Below, piece by piece: positions 39,020 through 39,282 of a stretch of 39,282 nt of DNA. Every line of letters starts with the position of its first letter. Within the stretch, counting starts at the first letter, position 1. Location: contig JBIJBT010000017.1 in NCBI GenBank assembly GCA_044345055.1, forward strand, positions 1 to 39,282. The letters run 5' to 3'. The position numbers were made by a program, and so were the translations under genes. Under the pieces are notes generated by a model. That model was not told the DNA's origin, did not search any database, and was given only the letters and a program-made list of their open reading frames with translations. Source of the DNA: Bdellovibrionota bacterium (GTDB lineage Bacteria; Bdellovibrionota_C; UBA2361; OMIW01).

Positions 39020-39282
39020 ATGACGGAAGAACGAACAGAAATCACAAACACCGAAAAGATGGCCTGGTATGTAGTACATGCATATTCTGGGTTTGAGATT
39101 AAGGCGAAGCAGGCGCTTGAAGAGCGTGTTCGCCTCGCTCAAATGGAAACCCTCTTTGGCGAGATTCACGTCCCTCAAGAGAGGGTGGTAGAGCTAGTAA
39201 AAGGCCAGAAAAAAACAAGTAATAGGAAGTTTTTCCCCGGATACATCTTGGTTCAGATGGTATTAAACCAAGATACTTGGCA
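39020..39282 (+). CDS. nusG: Transcription termination/antitermination factor NusG (5' partial)
   Basis: Manual translation: MTEERTEITNTEKMAWYVVHAYSGFEIKAK...RKFFPGYILVQM. Confidence 0.95.
   Translation, partial: MTEERTEITNTEKMAWYVVHAYSGFEIKAKQALEERVRLAQMETLFGEIHVPQERVVELVKGQKKTSNRKFFPGYILVQMVLNQDTW

Overview
A 39-kb stretch of mostly core bacterial chromosome. Gene style (PutA type, fliG, secE-nusG) suggests a deltaproteobacterium-like or Bdellovibrionota-like organism; this is inference only. Housekeeping genes: pfkA, a nitrilase-family amidase, rlmH, rsgA, thrS, ung, tRNA-Gly, tRNA-Tyr, secE and the start of nusG. Also present are envelope and glycan genes, an AmgK/RapZ-C/MurU-like peptidoglycan-recycling cluster, a hybrid histidine kinase and an internally deleted IS4-family (IS50-like) element. 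Most notable: (1) a stand-alone gene fusing an RRM RNA-binding domain to ribosomal protein bS18; (2) a highly structured ~170-nt intergenic element between that gene and a sugar-transferase gene that I cannot assign to a known RNA family; (3) a DAB-type inorganic-carbon uptake operon (decayed sulP, dabA with one in-frame TAG, dabB, an extra NuoM-like subunit, a DUF2490-like outer-membrane barrel); (4) an RNase II/R-family protein with altered catalytic motifs; (5) PutA split into two coupled genes; (6) an orphan fliG; (7) long structured spacers where tRNA-Thr/tuf/rpmG/tRNA-Trp commonly sit. All calls come from reading motifs by eye; no database searches were run.
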